Numbered from the stretch's first letter, positions 45,547-56,429 are shown. The stretch is 64,000 nt of DNA from an uncultured delta proteobacterium (GCA_963803435.1 CAWDML010000007.1:352001-416000); one strand, 5' to 3'. A program made the numbers and translations. Notes: generated from the letters alone by a model not told the origin.

Positions 45547-47463
45547 ATGCTCGTCCCACTCCTCGCAGTGTTGATCGCGGCGCAGCCCGACCCTTGCCAG
45601 GACTTCTACGACTACGCCTGCAACGAGTGGTTGGCGGAGAATCCGCGACCGCCGGAGCTCCCCACCTGGTCGGTGTACGGGACGATGCAGCGCCGCACGA
45701 GCGAGCTGGTGCACGGCCTGCTCGAGCGAGCGGCCAAGCCGGGACGGAAGCGACCTATCGAACGCCAGGTGGGCGACTTCTTCGCCTCCTGCACCGACGA
45801 GGAGCGGATCGACGCGCTCGGCCTGGCGCCGATCCAACCGCTGCTCGACCGCATCGCGAAGATCGCGACACGGGCGGATCTCGCCCGCATGATGGGAGAG
45901 ATTGACCGCCTCGATGCGTCCGTGCTCTTCTCGTTCTACTCCTCGCCGAACCCTACCAACCCCGGCCGCTTCGTGGCGGACCTGCACGACGCAGGACGCA
46001 CGGTGGAAGCGCGCAGCTTCTATCTCGAGGCGTCGGAACAGTCGAAGCGCGACGCGCTCGCCGGGCACCTCGAGCGGATCTTCGCGATCCTCGGTCACTC
46101 GAAGACGCTGGCAGCCTCCGAGGCGCGAGCCGTGCTTCGCCTGGAGACGGAGCTGACCAAGGTGGCCCTCGCTCCGGTGGAGCTTCAGGAGGCCGAACGG
46201 CTCGCGTCGCTTTATCCGCTCCGCGAGGTGGAGCGGGCCACCGCGCACTTCGACTGGGCGGCGTACCGGAAGGCGCGAGGGGCGCCGCGGCCTCGCGTCG
46301 TGCGCGTACCGGGCTTCGCGCGTCTCCCCGACCTCGACGCGCTGCTCGCTACGACTCCGCTGGAGGACTGGCGGGCGCTCCTCACCTGGTCGGCGATCCG
46401 CGCGCTGGGGCCGATGCTGCCGCGCGCGCTCCGCGACGAGCGCTTCCGCTTCTCCTCCACCTTCATGCGCGGGGTCACGGAGCAGCCCCCGCGCTGGCGG
46501 ACCTGCGTGGCCCTCGCGGACCGCATCCTCGCCTTCGCCGTCGGCAAGCTCTACGTGGACGCCGCCTTCCCCACCTCCGGGAAGAAGCGCGCCTCGGAGA
46601 TCGCGGAGCGCCTCCGCGCCACCATGGAACGGTCGATCGAAGGCGCCGACTGGCTGGCCGCACCGACGCGCAAGCAGGCCCTCAAAAAGCTCAAAGCGAT
46701 CCGCTTCAAGCTCGCCTACCCTGAGCGCTGGCGTGACTACGCCGAGCTGAAGATCCACCGCGGTGACGCGCTCGGAAACTGGAGCCGAGGGCTTCAGCAT
46801 GAAGATCGGCGGCTGATGTCGCGCATCGAGCAGAGGGTCGATCGCAGCGAGTGGTTCGATCCACCCACGCAGCTCAATGGCTCCAACCAGGAGTTCAACT
46901 CGATCCTCTTCAGCGCGGCGATCCTGCAGCCTCCCTTCTTCGATCCCGCCGGTGATCCGGCCGCGATGTACGGCGCGTTCGGCGCCGTGCTCGGCCACGA
47001 GATCACGCACAGCTTCGACAACGACGGCCGATACCGGGATGAACGCGACACCACGCGCAACTGGTGGACCGACGAGGACGCCGAGTCCTTCGAGGCGCGC
47101 ACCGCCTGCTACCAGCGCCAGTACTCCGGCTATTCGGTCGCCGGCCATCCGCTCGACGGCCGCCTGACGCTCGCCGAGAACATCGCCGACAACGGGGGCC
47201 TCGCGCTCGGCTACCGCGCGTTTCACGCGCTCGAGCCCAGAGAGGATCTCGATGCGGACCGGCGCTTGTTCCGCGCCTGGGGCCTGATCCGCTGCACGCA
47301 CTACACGGACCAGGAGCAGATCGATTGGCTGGGGACCGACCCTCACTCGCCCGGCCGGTTCCGCGTGAACGGCGTCGTCTCCAACATGCCGGAGTTCGCG
47401 CGGGCCTTCGGCTGCAAGGCGGACGATCCGATGGTGCGCGCCCAGCCGTGCCGGCTCTGGTGA
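45547..47463 (+). CDS. M13 (neprilysin/PepO) metallopeptidase
   Basis: DPCQDFYDYAC, ILQPPFF, HEITH, ENIADNGG, DPHSP. Confidence 0.95.
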   Translation: MLVPLLAVLIAAQPDPCQDFYDYACNEWLAENPRPPELPTWSVYGTMQRRTSELVHGLLERAAKPGRKRPIERQVGDFFASCTDEERIDALGLAPIQPLLDRIAKIATRADLARMMGEIDRLDASVLFSFYSSPNPTNPGRFVADLHDAGRTVEARSFYLEASEQSKRDALAGHLERIFAILGHSKTLAASEARAVLRLETELTKVALAPVELQEAERLASLYPLREVERATAHFDWAAYRKARGAPRPRVVRVPGFARLPDLDALLATTPLEDWRALLTWSAIRALGPMLPRALRDERFRFSSTFMRGVTEQPPRWRTCVALADRILAFAVGKLYVDAAFPTSGKKRASEIAERLRATMERSIEGADWLAAPTRKQALKKLKAIRFKLAYPERWRDYAELKIHRGDALGNWSRGLQHEDRRLMSRIEQRVDRSEWFDPPTQLNGSNQEFNSILFSAAILQPPFFDPAGDPAAMYGAFGAVLGHEITHSFDNDGRYRDERDTTRNWWTDEDAESFEARTACYQRQYSGYSVAGHPLDGRLTLAENIADNGGLALGYRAFHALEPREDLDADRRLFRAWGLIRCTHYTDQEQIDWLGTDPHSPGRFRVNGVVSNMPEFARAFGCKADDPMVRAQPCRLW

Positions 47464-47875
47464 GCGCCCAGCCTTCCTCGCGGCTTCCTCCACGTTTGCG
47501 CTGGGCCGTTCGCCGACGGTGGCGAGCGCGCGCGGCTCCTGACGGCCGACTACATCGGGCAGTGCTTCCACGTCGACCATCGCCTGCGACGCTCCGAAGC
47601 CGGCCGTCGCATCGACTACGCCGAGGCCAACGCTGACGGGATCGCGGCAGCCTTGCGACCACCGGAAGGCCACTCGATCGCCTCCCAGCCGATCAAACTC
47701 TCGCAGCGGAGGCGCGACATGAGTGACGGTCAGCTTCCACGACACGTACGTGTGCGGCGTTCCTGAGAGCGGCTACGCGTCTCCGTCATCGATCTCCGCG
47801 ATCAGCGACCGCCACTCGGTCGGCTCCGGGTCGACGTTCTCGGTGGGTGGATCGGTGGGGTGCTCCGTCTTGGGC

Positions 47876-49123
47876 TCATCCAGCTTCGGCCATGGATCGA
47901 GCACCATCTGCGACGCTTCCACGAGCTGCGGCGGCGGAGTTTGCTTCTTCTTCGGTGCGTCGGGATCGACGCGCGGGGCCCGCAGATGGAGCCTGGCCTC
48001 GGCGAGGGAGGGGCGCCGCGGCGGATTCGATCGGCGACTCCCGGCCCATCTCCCCGGCGCGGATGGTGGCCAGGAACGCAGCCTCGTCGAAGCGCTCCTT
48101 GGAGCCCTCGAAGACGTCTCGCTCGTTGGCCGGCTCGGCCTCGAGGACTGTGATCAGCTCCCGCTCGTCGAAAGCACCGGAGGCGAGCTTGCGCATGATC
48201 TCCTTGCGGGCCGCGATCTCGCGCCCGAACAGCTGCTCCATCGAGGCGGCCAGTTGGGCGCGCGCCTTCACCGCCGAGCCCTTCAGGTAGGAGCTGAGCG
48301 CGAAGTGCATCTCTTCGGCCGTCTGATATCGATCGGCGGGATCGGTGGCGAGCGCCTTCGCGCAGATCGCGTCGAGGCCGGGATCGACGTCCGGCCGCAG
48401 CTCCGACAGGCGCGGATGGACGTCGAGCTTGGAGGCAGCCAGCTCCTCCAGGGCGAGGTTCTCCTTCGAGGCACCGGCCAGGGACTCGAACAGGACCTCG
48501 CCGAGAGCGTAGACATCCGCACGCCGGTCCGGCGCCCGACCTTGGATCTGCTCCGGCGCCATGTAGCGGAAGCTGCCCTTGATGATCCCGGTCTCGGTGG
48601 AGTCAGGCGACAGGTTTGACTTGCCGGTCGCGAAGTCGATGATCCTCGGGCGGACGTGATCGTCGATCAGGATGTTGTTCGACGAGATGCCGCGGTGGAC
48701 GATGTGGTACGGCCCTTCGGGTCCTCGCTGCTCGTGGGCGTCGTGCAGGCCCTCGCAGAGCTCCGCGATCACCTGCACCACCACGTGGGCCGGGAGCGGC
48801 TCGGGAAGGCGCGGGCTCCCGGCGAGGATCGTCTCCCAGGTTTCGCCGGTGACGTACTCCATCGTGAGGTAATAGACGCCCCGCTCCCGCCCGAACGACT
48901 CGACGCCGACGCACGCTGGGTGGTTGAGCTTGGCAGCGAGCTTGGCGGCTGCGGCGAACGCGCCCCTCGCGCGCTCGTCGGCGCAGAGCTCCGGGTTGAG
49001 CGTCTTCAAGCAAACGACGCGTTGAAACCCGGCGGCGCCGAGCCGCAGCGCGAGGAAGGTCTGGGTCGATCGGCTCGCGGAGATGCGGACCAGCCCGCGG
49101 AACGAGCCGAACGTGAACGGCAT
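47876..49123 (-). CDS. Hanks-type Ser/Thr kinase-like protein, probably catalytically dead
   Basis: VCLK, HRGISSNN, DFA, YMAPEQ, DRRADVYALG; possible C-terminal frameshift. Confidence 0.8.
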   Translation of the reverse strand: MPFTFGSFRGLVRISASRSTQTFLALRLGAAGFQRVVCLKTLNPELCADERARGAFAAAAKLAAKLNHPACVGVESFGRERGVYYLTMEYVTGETWETILAGSPRLPEPLPAHVVVQVIAELCEGLHDAHEQRGPEGPYHIVHRGISSNNILIDDHVRPRIIDFATGKSNLSPDSTETGIIKGSFRYMAPEQIQGRAPDRRADVYALGEVLFESLAGASKENLALEELAASKLDVHPRLSELRPDVDPGLDAICAKALATDPADRYQTAEEMHFALSSYLKGSAVKARAQLAASMEQLFGREIAARKEIMRKLASGAFDERELITVLEAEPANERDVFEGSKERFDEAAFLATIRAGEMGRESPIESAAAPLPRRGQAPSAGPARRSRRTEEEANSAAAARGSVADGARSMAEAG

Positions 49124-49188
49124 CCGGGGATGATACGCGCGGGAGGTGCTCGGGCCTAGGAGCGTGTAGCGCGTAGCGCTACCGCGAG

Positions 49189-49224
49189 CCCGGTCCGGGT
49201 CCCGGTCCCGGTCCCGGTCCCGAT
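49189..49224. repeat. hexamer tandem repeat (CCCGGT)x6, imperfect
   Basis: cccggt ccgggt cccggt cccggt cccggt cccgat. Confidence 0.85.
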
Positions 49225-49611
49225 GGCGATCATGCAGCCCGGCGTGCGTTCATCGACTTGATGAGGCGCGTGAGCCTCTCGACAACGCGCTTGAGCTTGG
49301 CTCTGGCGGCTTGGACCTTCTGCTCGTTGGCGAGTCGGCGCCTCAAGCAGGTGTGGAGTGAGGCGGCGCTTTCGGTGCCAGAGCGAAGTGCCATCCGGTA
49401 GAAGCGAGCGGTAGAAGCGAGCCTTCTCAGGTGGATTGAACTCTCCGGCGCCCTCGGCGGTGTTGTTCACGATGGAATCGGATGCCCGCCGAAGCTGATC
49501 GCGGACGTGAGCGTGACCGGGTTGCAGTTCTTGTGCGATCTCTTCAGCGATGTCGGCCTACTCGACGGCGAGCTGGTAGACCTCGAGCTTCTCGTGATCG
49601 AAAGTGACCAT
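49225..49611 (-). pseudogene. four-helix-bundle protein (23S rRNA IVP/TIGR02436 family)
   Basis: FDHEKLEVYQ, DQLRRASDSI..N.AEG, KARFY; in-frame TAG at 49558-49560 and a 13-bp tandem duplication at 49397-49422. Confidence 0.85.
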
Positions 49612-49639
49612 GCAAGCTAGCTTGCGGTAGCTCGTCCAC

Positions 49640-50744
49640 TTTGACCAGCAGAAGTTCTTGGAGGTTGGCTCCCAGAAAATCATCTCGCGTACTTCGTCTT
49701 GGACGTCGTCGACGAGGTAGAGCTGAGCGCGATCGAGATCTCGATCCAGTCCAAGGACCGTACTCGCCTCGAATGATGATCGCGCTGCTTCTGTACGCCT
49801 ACTGCACCGGCATCTATTCGTCGCGGAGGATCGCGCGGGCGACCTACCAAGACATTCCATTCCGGGTGCTGGCTGGAGAAAGTCATCCCCACTTCACGAC
49901 GATCAACGAGTTTCGGCTCGTCCACCTGGAGGCACTGAAAGCGCTCTTCCTCGAAGTCCTGAAGCTTTGCCAGAAAGCAGGTTTGGTGCGGCTCGGACAC
50001 GTCGCACTCGATGGCTCGAAGGTGCAGGCGAACGCGAGCAAGCACAAGGCGATGACCTACGAGCGGATGGCCGAGGAGGAGAAGCGGCTGTCTCTCGAGA
50101 TCGAAGAACTGCTGGAGCGAGCGCGCACGATCGACCAAGAGGAAGACGAGCGGCTGGGCGTTGAGAGACTGAAGAGGACATCCCAGCGGAGCTCGCTCGC
50201 CGTGAATCCCGCCTTGCCCGCATTCGAGAAGCGAAGGCTGCGCTGGAACAGGATGCCGCCAGGGCTCGCGCGGAGAAATTGCGCAGGCAAGCCGAAGAGC
50301 AGCAGAGCAAAGCGGATGATGCTCTTGTGGATCGGGTGGAGCAGAAGCGAGCGAGAACTCGAGCCGAGAAGGCAAGAGCGCAGGCTGACCAGCTCGAACC
50401 ATCCCCAGACCCAACTGAACGAAATGATGGATGGCCGCATCATCGCGTTCCTGCAAATGTGGACGGCACACCGAGGCCCAACGCTCAGAGGAACTTCACC
50501 GACTCAGACGGCAGGATCATGTTGAAGGAGGGAGCGTACCTCCAGGCCTACAATGCCCAAGTTGTCGTAGATGAGCACGCTCAGGTGAGTGTCGCCGAAG
50601 GGGTCAGCAACCAGGCACCTGATCAGCAACACCTCGTCCCGATGCTCCGTGATGTGTTCGGCAACTGCGGCGATGCTCCGCGGAAGATGACGGCAGACAA
50701 CGGCTATCTGAGCGCGACCAACATCGAATTCTGCGACAACAATC
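49640..50744 (+). pseudogene. IS1182 transposase, 5' part (frameshifted)
   Basis: WLPENHLA, LLYAYCTGIYSSRRIA, VALDGSKVQANAS, NFTDSD.RIM, YNAQ, ADNGY. Confidence 0.88.
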
Positions 50745-50818
50745 GTAAGCAGTGCATGAACGGGCCCTGACGTCCGTCGCGGGCGACGCCTAGGTTGTCC
50801 TCCAAGGAGGTCAACCGA

Positions 50819-51277
50819 ATGCAGAAGAAGAAGCAGTCGAGCCCGGCCCGTTCAGGGCGGCGAGGGAGCTCGCGAAGCGTCGATGGCTCGTCGGTGCTCG
50901 CTGAGCTGGCGGGCCGCTATGCCCGGTTTCGCCGGGAGCATCCGCGGGGAGCGCGGATTCCGAGCGACCTGCGAGCGTCAACGCTGGCGGCATTGGAGAA
51001 GGGGGTGGCGGCGAGCGAACTCTATCGGAGCTGCGGTGTCTCGTGGAGCCAGGTCGTAACGTGGCAGCTGGGGCATCGGTCGTCGGCAGATCAGGCCGCG
51101 AAGGGAGACGTGGAGCCCGCAGTCGTGCGCGCCTTCTCCGTTGCGGATGGGCACGACGGTGGAGCGCCCGTGCTTTCGGTGAGCCATGAGCTCGAGCTTC
51201 GCCTTGGCTGCTGGTCTATCACCGTGCGGCTCGCCGAGTCCGATCGGACCGAAGGAGACGGAGCATGCTTCCGGTGA
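50819..51277 (+). CDS. IS66 accessory protein TnpA-like
   Basis: AAGGAGG RBS; RIPSDLR, CGVSWSQVVTW, RAFSV. Confidence 0.7.
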   Translation: MQKKKQSSPARSGRRGSSRSVDGSSVLAELAGRYARFRREHPRGARIPSDLRASTLAALEKGVAASELYRSCGVSWSQVVTWQLGHRSSADQAAKGDVEPAVVRAFSVADGHDGGAPVLSVSHELELRLGCWSITVRLAESDRTEGDGACFR

Positions 51278-51648
51278 CCGTGCGGCGGGTTCTGCTGGTC
51301 GAACATCGCGTCGACTTCAGGAAGCAGTTTGATGGTCTTCTCGCCGAGGCCTATCGGATCGAGGCGCAGCCGTATGATGGAGACTGTGTCGTCTTCATCA
51401 AGAAGGACCGCACGCAAATCCGCGCGCTGGTCGGCGACCGCTACGGGCTGTACCTCGTCCTGCGCCGCTTCGAGGGGGGACGTCTTCGTGCTCTGCTCGC
51501 GTTCGCCGAGCGGCCGGGTGCGAAGACGATCTCGACGGGCGAGCTGTCGATGCTCCTCGAGGGCTCGAGCTTTACGGTGCACAAGCGGGCCAAGGCGTGG
51601 CGGTCGATGCCGCGCGAGAATATCGAGAGCCCTCACCTTTCGCCTTGA
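51265..51648 (+). CDS. tnpB: IS66 accessory protein TnpB (Orf2)
   Basis: VDFRKQFDGL, VVF, RRFEGG. Confidence 0.85.
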   Translation: MLPVTVRRVLLVEHRVDFRKQFDGLLAEAYRIEAQPYDGDCVVFIKKDRTQIRALVGDRYGLYLVLRRFEGGRLRALLAFAERPGAKTISTGELSMLLEGSSFTVHKRAKAWRSMPRENIESPHLSP

Positions 51649-53549
51649 CTGCAGATCCTGACTGAGATCTGAGACTCATGATTGAGGCCGGGCGGACTCA
51701 CAGAATTGAGCGCCGAGCAACGCCGAGAGGTCGCTGCTTGGATCGAGGCAACCAGCCCGCATTTGCCTGAGCCGGTCCGAATCTTCCTCGCTCTTCACCA
51801 CCCCTACCTGGCATCGGAAGGGGATCCGCGCCGAGCGCTCGATGCGGCGATTCGCGAGCTTCGGCGCGTTCTGCGCCTCACGCCGTCGAGCGAGAAACGC
51901 CGGTCGGCCGGGTCGGCCCTCGGCAAGCTCCCCCCCGCGAGGGACGGCGCGGGCGCGACGAGCCCTCGAGTGGAGATCGAAGAGCAGATCACTCGTGGTC
52001 GCCAGCTTGCCGACTGGCACGATGGCCTGAATAACCGGCACAACAAGCGAGTCGTGCGGCTCGAGGAGAAGCTGGCGAAGATGCCCATCGAGAAGACCGA
52101 CGACGGCGCGAAGCATGACGATGATCCGATCCCCCGGCTCGAAGACATCGAGCTCACGGACGAGGAGCGCGAGAACGAGCAAGGCGGTCGCCGATCGGTT
52201 CGTCGAGCACTTGGTGCTCGGAGACGGTCCGGATCCATCGTTGGCATCTGTGAATGAGACCCTCATGCCGAGTGGAGCTGTGCTCGTGAGCGAGGAGCAC
52301 GTGTGTCTCCCGGCGGAGGTGCCGGAAGCGCTCGCTGAGGCGTGCGAGGTCAAGACGCTGTGGGATTCACGCGTGCGCTACGACTTCTCGGTCGCGGTGA
52401 CGCGCATCGAGCTCGACGTCGAGAAGAAGATCTTCGAAGACGCGAACGGGGATCGTCATGTGGTCTCCGGATCGACGAGCGAGTACGGTCCGGCCCGGTA
52501 CTCGGTCACCTGGCACGCGCTGGCGACCCTCGCAGTGCTGGTTGCGCAGTTCGCCATGCCATTCAACCGACTCAGCACCTTGTTCTCGACACCCGAGAAG
52601 CGGTTCACGGCCGGGGCGCTCAGCAGAATGCTGCACTACGTGGCTCAGCGTCTGCTCCCGATCTACCTCGAGCTGGTGAGCCAGATCGCCAACGCCGAGA
52701 TCCTCGGGGGCGACGACACGTCCTGCCGAGTGCTGGAGGTCTCGGCCCACTTCGCAAAGCAGCCCGACGGCAGCGACACGCCGTCTGACACCGTCGGCAA
52801 GCCGCCCTGGGCGGCCTACGCGACTCCGAGCGCCGCCGAGGCGAGCCTGAAGCTGTGCGAGGAAGCGAGGAGGGACCGAGTCGATCGCCGTGAAGCGGGA
52901 GACCGCACCGCCACGCGTGATCCGCAAGAAAGTCCGTCCCTGGGCGTCCTCATCGGCCGGCGTCTTCGCTTCGAATGGCCGCGCAAGAACGGCGATGGCG
53001 TCAAGGAGGCAATGCACACGACGGTGATCTCGGGACGCAGCGTCGCTGATGATCCGCGAAGCCTAATTGTCTTGTACCGAAGCCATCTCGGCAGCTGCGG
53101 CAACCTGTACGAGTCGATCCTGCAGCACCGCGACCCGAAGCTCCGAACGCTCATCCTCCAGGGCGACATGAGCACCACCAACCTCGTCACGAATCCCAAA
53201 CTCGTCGAGCGCTTCGACATCCGTCCGATCGGATGTCAACCGCACGCCCGCAGACCGTTCGCTCTCTACGAAAACGAAGACCCCGTACGATGCGGATACA
53301 TGCTGCATCTGTTTACTGGCCTGGCGATCCACGAGCAGCAACTCGGCGCTATCGGTCGTAACCGAGACAACGTGCTCGCCGTCCGAGGAAGTGAGAGCAA
53401 GAAGATCTGGAACGACATCCTCGAGCTCGCGAAGATCATGACCAAGCACTGGTCGAAGGCGACCAAGCTCGGCAACGCCGCTCGCTACATCATCAATCAC
53501 TTCGATGCGCTGACTGCGTATCTCGACGACCCCCGGCTTGAGGCGAGCA

Positions 53550-55529
53550 GTCGGGTCGGGGACCGGCGCGGTGGCGTGCAGGCTGTCCTTGGCTGTATCT
53601 GCCGTTTCCGGCTTCGTGCCCGTTTAGGACGCGCCATCGCTCCGTTTCCGGTCCCCGCCTCCTCGAACCGGACAGGCGGATTTCCCGCATCCGGCTCACC
53701 GCGAAGGTGTCGTCGCATCGGAGTTATGGGTCTGTTTCAGCCGGGGCTGCTTTCGCGCGACGGTGGTAGCGGATCTGGTAGTCGTCATAGAGACCCCAGG
53801 ATCCGTACACGATCTCGCTACTCCACCTCCTCCAGCCAAATCCCTTTCGCTTTCGTTTCTTGACCGCAAATCGCCTCACCTTGCGCTCGATGCCGGTTCG
53901 CACCGTGTCGAATTCCCGGCTCGAGTTGCCGACCCGGAAGTAGTTCGCCCACCCGCGGATGATCGGGTTCACGCGCGCAACTGCCTGCTGCACCGAAAGG
54001 TGCCCGCTGTTGCGCAACGTGTCTCGGACCTTCCGCAGGATCTCGACGACCTTCTTCCTTCGCGGGCTCGTGTGCGCGTACCCCTTTCGGATCGTCGGGT
54101 TCGGTTGCCACCGAATCTCGAATCCGAGGAAAGCAAACGAACTCCCGGGCTCGGTGAGCGTCACCGTCCGAGTCTTCTCCGCGTTCAACGACACGCCGAT
54201 CGCTTCCGACTCCTTGCGGATGCGCTCGAGCGCTCGCTCGGCCCAACGTCGCCCCTTCTTCGAGTCGTACGTCAGGACGACCATGTCGTCGAGGTAGCGC
54301 ACATACGTGAGGTAGCCTGTTCCTCGATCGAGGATATGGTCCAGGTCGTTCAGTGCCACGTTCGCTAGGAGTGGGGACAGGGGCGATCCTTGCGGAATGC
54401 CTTTTCCCCCGGTGCTCTTCAGGAACTGCTTGATGAGTCCGAGGACCCGGTCGTCTTGGATCCTGCGGGCCAGCTTCGCGAGCATTCGGTCGTGCCGGAT
54501 GTCATCGAAGAAGCTCCGCAGATCCACCTCGACGACGAGATGCTTCTTCCACATCAAGCCGTTGCGCACCTCTCCGATGGCGTCGTGGGCAGACCGACCT
54601 GGCCTCGCCCCATAGGAGTGTCTCGAGAAGTCGGCCTCGAAGATCGGTTCCAGTATCAATCTCAGCGCGCCTTGGACCACCCGATCTCGAATCGCGGGGA
54701 TTGAGATCGTACGGACTTTGCCACCCTCCTTTGGAATCTCTCTTCGTCGATACGGTCGGGGCCTGTACGTCCCAGCTCGTAGTTCCGCGGCGAGCTCCGA
54801 GAGGAACTCGCCGCGGCCGTGCCCCTCGATCATCTCGAACGTCTCTCCGTCGCCTCCGGGAGTTCCGCGGTTCCGCTTCGCCTCCAGGTACGCGGCCTCG
54901 AGCGTCGCGAGCTTGATGAGGTGCACGTACAGGCCCCAGAATCTATGCTCTGGGGCAGACTTCGCCCGATGGCCTATCCGTCGTTGAAGCTCCTGCGTTG
55001 GTATCGTGGGCTTTATCATCCCGCGCGCCTCGCCTCTCATTCGGAGTACCTCCGGTAGGGTCCCTTTGCTCGGCGGGCATTACCCCGCGTCATCGCTCCT
55101 ACGAACCCATCCGCCAGGCTCTCGCCTTCACCGCACTTCGCCTCGCGGCTCGCACGGCTACCTTGCTTCCGCCGGATTTCTCGGCGGGGCGAGGAGCCCT
55201 TCCCTGTTTCAACCCATGGCCTTGTGCGCGTGCCGTCGCCTTTACCCCGCCGAGTGGCCGTGCCCCCTGGTCGGGTCGGGCACGGTCTGCTGCTTTCGCC
55301 AATATTGTGCAGGCTCAGCACTCGGGACCTTCTTCTTTCGGGGCCTCAACCGGTCGTTCATCACGTCGTTACGGCCCGCGCACTCGCTCACCCCGCCCAG
55401 CGAGGCTTTGTCGGTGGGCTTCGCCGTCGGGATCTCCCCTTCCGGCGCCACCCAAGCTCTGCGGCTTCGACCTTTTACCGCTTCGAGACTTTCACTCTAT
55501 GGATCCATGGGTACCTCCAGGCATCACAC
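53550..55529 (-). mobile_element. group II intron inserted antisense in IS66 tnpC
   Basis: 5' GTGTG at 55529 (or 55527); domain V GAGCCGGATGCGGGAAATCCGCCTGTCCGGTTC at 53697-53665; 3' end ...CCCGAC at 53550. Confidence 0.9.
53724..55019 (-). CDS. ltrA: group II intron reverse transcriptase/maturase (no endonuclease domain)
   Basis: IPK, DRVVQ, SYGARPGRSAHDA, GIPQGSPLSPLLAN, RYLDD, FLGF, NPIIRGWANYF. Confidence 0.95.
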   Translation of the reverse strand: MIKPTIPTQELQRRIGHRAKSAPEHRFWGLYVHLIKLATLEAAYLEAKRNRGTPGGDGETFEMIEGHGRGEFLSELAAELRAGTYRPRPYRRREIPKEGGKVRTISIPAIRDRVVQGALRLILEPIFEADFSRHSYGARPGRSAHDAIGEVRNGLMWKKHLVVEVDLRSFFDDIRHDRMLAKLARRIQDDRVLGLIKQFLKSTGGKGIPQGSPLSPLLANVALNDLDHILDRGTGYLTYVRYLDDMVVLTYDSKKGRRWAERALERIRKESEAIGVSLNAEKTRTVTLTEPGSSFAFLGFEIRWQPNPTIRKGYAHTSPRRKKVVEILRKVRDTLRNSGHLSVQQAVARVNPIIRGWANYFRVGNSSREFDTVRTGIERKVRRFAVKKRKRKGFGWRRWSSEIVYGSWGLYDDYQIRYHRRAKAAPAETDP

Positions 55530-56091
55530 AATCAGCGAGAGCGCATGCTCCGGATGGAGAAGCTGATCGAGTCGAGCTCGATGTTTCGGCGCAGCCTCGA
55601 AGGCCGCTTCGTTCTCGATGTGGTCCGAACGATCCTCCAGACCGCAGTCGCTGCTGGCGTCCCTGTGCACGAGTACCTCGTGTCCGTGCTACGCGCGAAC
55701 AAGGACGACGTCGCTGCGAACCCGCACCTGTTTACTCCGCTCGCCTGGGCGACGAACGACTCCGCTCCCGAGCCTGCGGCGACCTCCTCATAGCCGACAG
55801 TCGGCGTCGATCTCCGAGATCGGCGTCGCTCCCCGCGCTCCATCTCTCGTCGGCAAGGCAACAAGCAGCGCTCTCACATCGCCGCGCCCGACGGTCCTCG
55901 AGGCTCCACGCCTACCGCAAGTTAGCTTGCGCTCGAGCGATCCCGGCCATCACGATGTTGGATGCGACCTCCATCGACTCGAGCCCCACCAACGCGCGGC
56001 GAGTCCGGAGCTCGACTGTCGTCCCCGCCGTGCCCCAGCGCGGCACGGGAAACACCTGGAATCGGGTGGGGCCTCTCGATGCACTGGTTAC

Positions 56092-56394
56092 CAACAATCA
56101 AATCGATGCCCACATCGCTGTTGGACCCGAACAGAACCAAGACGCGTCGACTCCGTCCTCATCAGCTTCGGAGCCCACACCTGCCTCCTCGCTCGCAAGC
56201 GAATGCGAGACAAGTTGCAAACGCGCGACGGCAAGGCGGTCTACGCCCGCAGGAAGAGTATCGTCGAACCGGCGCTCGGACAGATCAAAGGGGCACGAGG
56301 ATTCCGCCGGTTCTCGCTCCGCTCCTTCTTCAAGGTACGAGCCGAGTGGACGCTCGTCTGCCTCACCCACAACCTGCTCAAGCTCCGCTCCTAG
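56092..56394 (+). pseudogene. IS1182 transposase, 3' part
   Basis: QIDAHIAVG; YARRKSIVEP..GQIK..GFRRF..HNLLKL. Confidence 0.88.
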
Positions 56395-56429
56395 ACCCAC
56401 GCGCTTCGCGGCGCGCACCTCATCGCGGC

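Larger units (their letters stand above)
51682..55793 (+). pseudogene. IS66 transposase TnpC (frameshift near 52180; split by the intron)
   Basis: GDDTS, LQGD, GCQPHARRPF, AARYIINHFDAL, then LEAS|NNQRERMLR across the intron. Confidence 0.85.
50745..56091 (+). mobile_element. IS66-family element
   Basis: GTAAGCAGTGCAT / ATGCACTGGTTAC termini; 8-bp TSD CAACAATC at 50737-50744 and 56092-56099. Confidence 0.93.
49156..56394 (+). mobile_element. degenerate IS1182-family element hosting IS66
   Basis: CTAG-GAGCG at 49156 and CGCTC-CTAG ending 56394; transposase halves on either side of IS66; the IR is short, so the left limit is tentative. Confidence 0.55.

Noticed and set aside
49558-49560. TAG as pyrrolysine or readthrough in the four-helix-bundle gene
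   Set aside because: The same gene also has a frameshifting 13-bp duplication, so ordinary pseudogenisation explains it
49225-55019. Diversity-generating retroelement (Avd-like gene plus RT)
   Set aside because: The RT has group II maturase features and domain V/VI RNA, arrived by separate nested insertions, and I saw no TR/VR repeat pair
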